Shown here: positions 27,018 to 30,056 of the stretch, in pieces | Numbering within the stretch: the stretch's first letter is position 1 | Layout of the letters: every line of letters begins with the position of its first letter | Assembly: GCA_038893995.1 (NCBI GenBank) | Contig: JAWAQK010000030.1 | Span: forward strand, 1 to 30,056 | DNA from: Candidatus Thorarchaeota archaeon | Lineage (GTDB): Archaea; Asgardarchaeota; Thorarchaeia; Thorarchaeales; Thorarchaeaceae | Direction: 5' to 3' | Length of the DNA stretch: 30,056 bases | The notes under the pieces: model-generated | Told to the model about the DNA's origin: nothing | What the model saw: the letters and a program-made list of their open reading frames with translations, nothing else | Database searches by the model: none | Made by a program: the position numbers and the translations under genes

Positions 27018-27902
27018 ATGAGATATGTGAAGTTGGCACCACTGCTGATGCTGTTTCTTCTCTCAGTAGCGATGGCACCAGCAGCTCCGTCTGTATCCGT
27101 AGATCAACACAGGGGCACTTCGCTCCCAGGGGCCTTCGGATCGGGGCCTCCAGCTACCATCGACGTGCCAAAGGGACCTCCAACTCGAATCACTGGAGTC
27201 ACCCATTGGGCATTGATAGTTGGAATCAGTGACTACAAGGCCATAAGCGACCTCAATTTCTGCGATGATGACGCAAATGACTGGTATGCCTACCTTGCAG
27301 GCCTCGGTTATGAGCATATCATCGTACTCGGTGACCACACCAACGTATACACACAGTACGATGGCCTTGCAACCGAGATCAATGTGAAGACGACACTTCA
27401 GTATATCGTCAACACTGCAGCACCCGGGGACACTGTGGCCTTCATATCATCGGGACATGGATCCGGGGACAGCAGGGGATCAAGCCTCCTGTGCATGTGG
27501 GACGCATCAGCAGGTGAGTCTGGTGAGGACGGCTACCTATGGGACTATGAGCTTGCAGCAATACTGAGTAGCGCTGTTGCAGAGAATATCTTCGTGTTTC
27601 TTGACCACTGCTTCTCAGGTGGGTTCGGTGACGACCTCATGGCGATGCCCAATGCGGCAAACGTCTACGTGGCTGTTACCTGTGATGTCATGGGAATGGG
27701 CTGGGACTCAGCCGAGTACAGCAATGGACTGTGGACATACTTCTTCCTCGAGTACACGCTGATTGGAGTCTTCGATTCGGACCCGAACACGAGCATGGAG
27801 TCTGCATTTGACGTGGCCGAGTCGGCCTATCCGTATCGCGGAGGCGCTCACCATCCTCAGGAATACGACGGGGACACTGCGAACCTGTTCTATCTCTGGT
27901 AG
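27018..27902 (+). CDS. Caspase-family (peptidase C14) protease with signal peptide
   Basis: WALIVGISDY, LNFCDDDA, catalytic SGHG and LDHCFSGG. N-terminal MRYVKLAPLLMLFLLSVAMA. Confidence 0.88.
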   Translation: MRYVKLAPLLMLFLLSVAMAPAAPSVSVDQHRGTSLPGAFGSGPPATIDVPKGPPTRITGVTHWALIVGISDYKAISDLNFCDDDANDWYAYLAGLGYEHIIVLGDHTNVYTQYDGLATEINVKTTLQYIVNTAAPGDTVAFISSGHGSGDSRGSSLLCMWDASAGESGEDGYLWDYELAAILSSAVAENIFVFLDHCFSGGFGDDLMAMPNAANVYVAVTCDVMGMGWDSAEYSNGLWTYFFLEYTLIGVFDSDPNTSMESAFDVAESAYPYRGGAHHPQEYDGDTANLFYLW

Positions 27903-27932
27903 ACAGGAGATCCAGTAGCAACCATCAACTTG

Positions 27933-27993
27933 AGAATGGGATGTTTCCGACCACCCGGCCCAATCGGGGCTGTTTGGGGGAGCATCCCATTCT
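27933..27993. other. Long stem-loop between convergent peptidase genes
   Basis: Perfect 11-bp AGAATGGGATG / CATCCCATTCT, extendable with G-U pairs, plus an inner CCCGG/TCGGG stem. Confidence 0.5.
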
Positions 27994-28095
27994 ACCACTA
28001 CTTCTGCACGCGATCGCTTACTCCTACACGGAAGAGTGCCAGGTACCGCACTCACTCTGCTGACTTCATCCGATTCTAGTTGGCACATTCAGCCC

Positions 28096-28803
28096 CTAAC
28101 GCCTTGATCGTCTTACCACAACTGCAGCCGCAAACACATAGAAGGTTGTGAAGACGAACGTCCCGGCGAGGAGGGGACAGGACAGCGGCGTAGGAGATGG
28201 ATGCGGGTAGAGTATCCTGCTTCCAGAAGTCTGAGATATCACATCGAATGTCGCTCTCGCCGAGGGACTAGAGTAGTTGTATGGACACACATCACAGCCA
28301 AAGAATCGCATTGAATAGTGCAGATGAGGATAGTTTGAGCTGAACATCAGTGTGGCCAGATGGTCTCCAGGCAAGACTCGCTGTCCTATTCTGGCAGAGA
28401 TGAGACTGCTCTGGCGAGAATTGTTGTGAGGATCCAGGAAGCCAGGCTCAATCACCAGTTCTACGACCCACGCGGTGTTAATTGCTATGTCGATGGAAAA
28501 CAGGGTGTTTCCTGCATACGGGTTCACGTGCTCACTGACCATGATGACAGTCCCTCTATGGGGAGCAACTATGGTAACGTTGTCAGATATGACCAGGTCG
28601 ATGCCATTGTGAAATACTCCCGGTTCACCCCAGTCTGGCGTGTAGAATGCAGAGAGCCTCACAACCCTATCAGACTCGAGGATCGGAAACTCGAGTACTG
28701 GCGAATCAATGCCCAAGGGTATTCCGAACATCACATGAAAACCAACTACGATCGTCAAGATGACTGTGGGAATCGCTATCACAATCTTCTCCGATCTCTT
28801 CAT
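28096..28803 (-). CDS. M23 family metallopeptidase-like protein, membrane-anchored
   Basis: HNGID (HxxxD), IVAPHRGTV, IGQRVLPGD and PHLHY (HxH). Hydrophobic helices at both termini. ORF open to 28926. Confidence 0.75.
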   Translation of the reverse strand: MKRSEKIVIAIPTVILTIVVGFHVMFGIPLGIDSPVLEFPILESDRVVRLSAFYTPDWGEPGVFHNGIDLVISDNVTIVAPHRGTVIMVSEHVNPYAGNTLFSIDIAINTAWVVELVIEPGFLDPHNNSRQSSLISARIGQRVLPGDHLATLMFSSNYPHLHYSMRFFGCDVCPYNYSSPSARATFDVISQTSGSRILYPHPSPTPLSCPLLAGTFVFTTFYVFAAAVVVRRSRR

Positions 28804-28981
28804 GGCTGCTCGCGAAGTCGGAGATGGATACGAAGAAATGCATTTTGTGCACCAACTCTGCAACGTAATGCAGGTTGAGGGAACAACCACGGTGCAGAGG
28901 AACCCGCACGAAACAGAAACACTCATTCACCGAATCGCATCCAGTGCGAAACGAGTTCTGGGTAAGGTCCAGTAGGACAAG

Positions 28982-30056
28982 ATGGTGATCGTGACGAGCG
29001 ACAGACGAATCATAGAGGAGTCCTTTCCCGTGAAGGAGGTCGGGCTCGAGTCAACCAGAGAGAAGAATACTCCTCATATGAACCCGTCAACGATCCACAC
29101 GTGGTGGGCACGTCGTCCGTTGGCCGCGTCGCGTACGACGTGCTACGCAGCTCTGGTAGCAGCATCCACCAGACCGAGAACAGACATACGTGACTTCATA
29201 ATCAGGTTGGCCTCTGACGTGGGCATCTCAGGCGGACAGACCCTAGCTCAGGCCAGAAGGGATATCCTCGAGTCGAACCATGGGCGTCCTCCTCGAGTCC
29301 TAGACCCATTTGCAGGTGGAGGTTCAATACCTCTTGAGGCCATGAGGCTGGGCTGTGAAACCTATTCCTCTGATCTGAATCCAGTTGCAGTCCTTATTCA
29401 GAAGTGCATGATGGAATACCCGCACAGATATGGCACCAATACACGCACTTGCGTCGTTGGCCCCCATGACGCAGGGCCGAGATCGCTGATGGACGACCTC
29501 CGACTGTGGAGTGAGAAGATATTCCAGAGGTGTAAGGAGGACATCGGTCAGTTCTATCCCGACGACTCTGAAACGAATCGTCCGATTGGGTATCTCTGGG
29601 CGCGCACAATACCTTGTCAGAACCCCTCATGTGGCTCCACTATTCCACTTGTACGGCAATTCCGACTGGCCCGAAGGCCCAGAAAGTGTGTGACGCTTCT
29701 TCCAACAACGAGAGACAGAGATGTGCACTTCCTGATAGCTGGGGATGGCTACAGGAGTCTGCCCGAGGGGTTCAATCCAGACGCGGGGACCGTGCGTAGA
29801 GCCATCGTCACCTGCCCAGTGTGTGGCACCTCGATTGACGCACGAACCGTTCGCAGGCTGTTCATTGGAGGACGTGCAGGAGAGAGACTAGTTGCTGTCA
29901 TAGTCCGAGACTCGAGTTCCAGGAGGAAATCCTATCGTGAAGTCACAGAGAGGGACGTGTCTGCATTCATCAGCGCACAACGGGCACTGGAGTCGGCCGC
30001 CAGTGTGTTGGAAAAGGAGTGGGGATGTGCCCCCGTTCCGGATGAGGAACTGCCTC
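28982..30056 (+). CDS. DUF1156-containing adenine-specific DNA methylase with Zn ribbon, 3'-truncated by the window edge
   Basis: Hand translation: MVIVTSDRRIIEESFPVKEV..ESTREKN...IHTWWARRPLAASR...PRVLDPFAGGGSIPLEAMRLG...DLNPVA...WARTIPCQNPSCG...CPVCG...PVPDEELP. No stop before the window end, so it is absent from the ORF track. Confidence 0.92.
   Translation, partial: MVIVTSDRRIIEESFPVKEVGLESTREKNTPHMNPSTIHTWWARRPLAASRTTCYAALVAASTRPRTDIRDFIIRLASDVGISGGQTLAQARRDILESNHGRPPRVLDPFAGGGSIPLEAMRLGCETYSSDLNPVAVLIQKCMMEYPHRYGTNTRTCVVGPHDAGPRSLMDDLRLWSEKIFQRCKEDIGQFYPDDSETNRPIGYLWARTIPCQNPSCGSTIPLVRQFRLARRPRKCVTLLPTTRDRDVHFLIAGDGYRSLPEGFNPDAGTVRRAIVTCPVCGTSIDARTVRRLFIGGRAGERLVAVIVRDSSSRRKSYREVTERDVSAFISAQRALESAASVLEKEWGCAPVPDEELP

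Noticed and set aside
1-30056. tRNA, rRNA, transposase or integrase genes
   Set aside because: No cloverleaf, rRNA-like segment, terminal inverted repeats or recombinase motifs were recognised by eye. tRNAscan-SE and Infernal would be needed to exclude small RNAs.

Overview
A gene-dense archaeal chromosomal segment of moderate GC. The archaeal assignment rests on PriL primase, TATA-type promoters and GGAGGTGA-type Shine-Dalgarno (SD) sites. The gene mix (LRR protein, paired TspO-like proteins, secreted C14 peptidase) suggests an Asgard archaeon such as Thorarchaeia, but this is inference. The left arm holds DNA metabolism genes (OGG1-like glycosylase, priL, DUF763), a methyltransferase, an MBL hydrolase and a TPR protein. 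The standout is a tightly coupled 8-9 gene minus-strand operon (11912->7226) bracketed by acr3 and an ELCxC-type arsR but lacking arsC/arsA/arsD/arsM. In their place it encodes a stand-alone HdrA-N-like domain, a ferredoxin with a Cys-rich tail, a DGC-GcvH (lipoyl carrier) fusion, two further DGC proteins and a thioredoxin-like protein, making it a candidate lipoate/thiol-relay arsenic system. The ORF track misses three elements: a two-peptide mini-operon sharing an R-x-x-S-T-x-A-[LI]-[GA]-x-A-Y motif (20862-21066), an Arg/Cys-rich tail-anchored membrane peptide (24233-24409) and a DUF1156 DNA methylase running off the right end. Also present are a degenerate sensor kinase, an N-truncated pelota/eRF1-like protein, a membrane-anchored M23-like peptidase and an orphan beta-class DNA methyltransferase. 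No rRNA, tRNA, CRISPR array or IS element was recognised. All family calls are by eye from motifs; no database searches were run.
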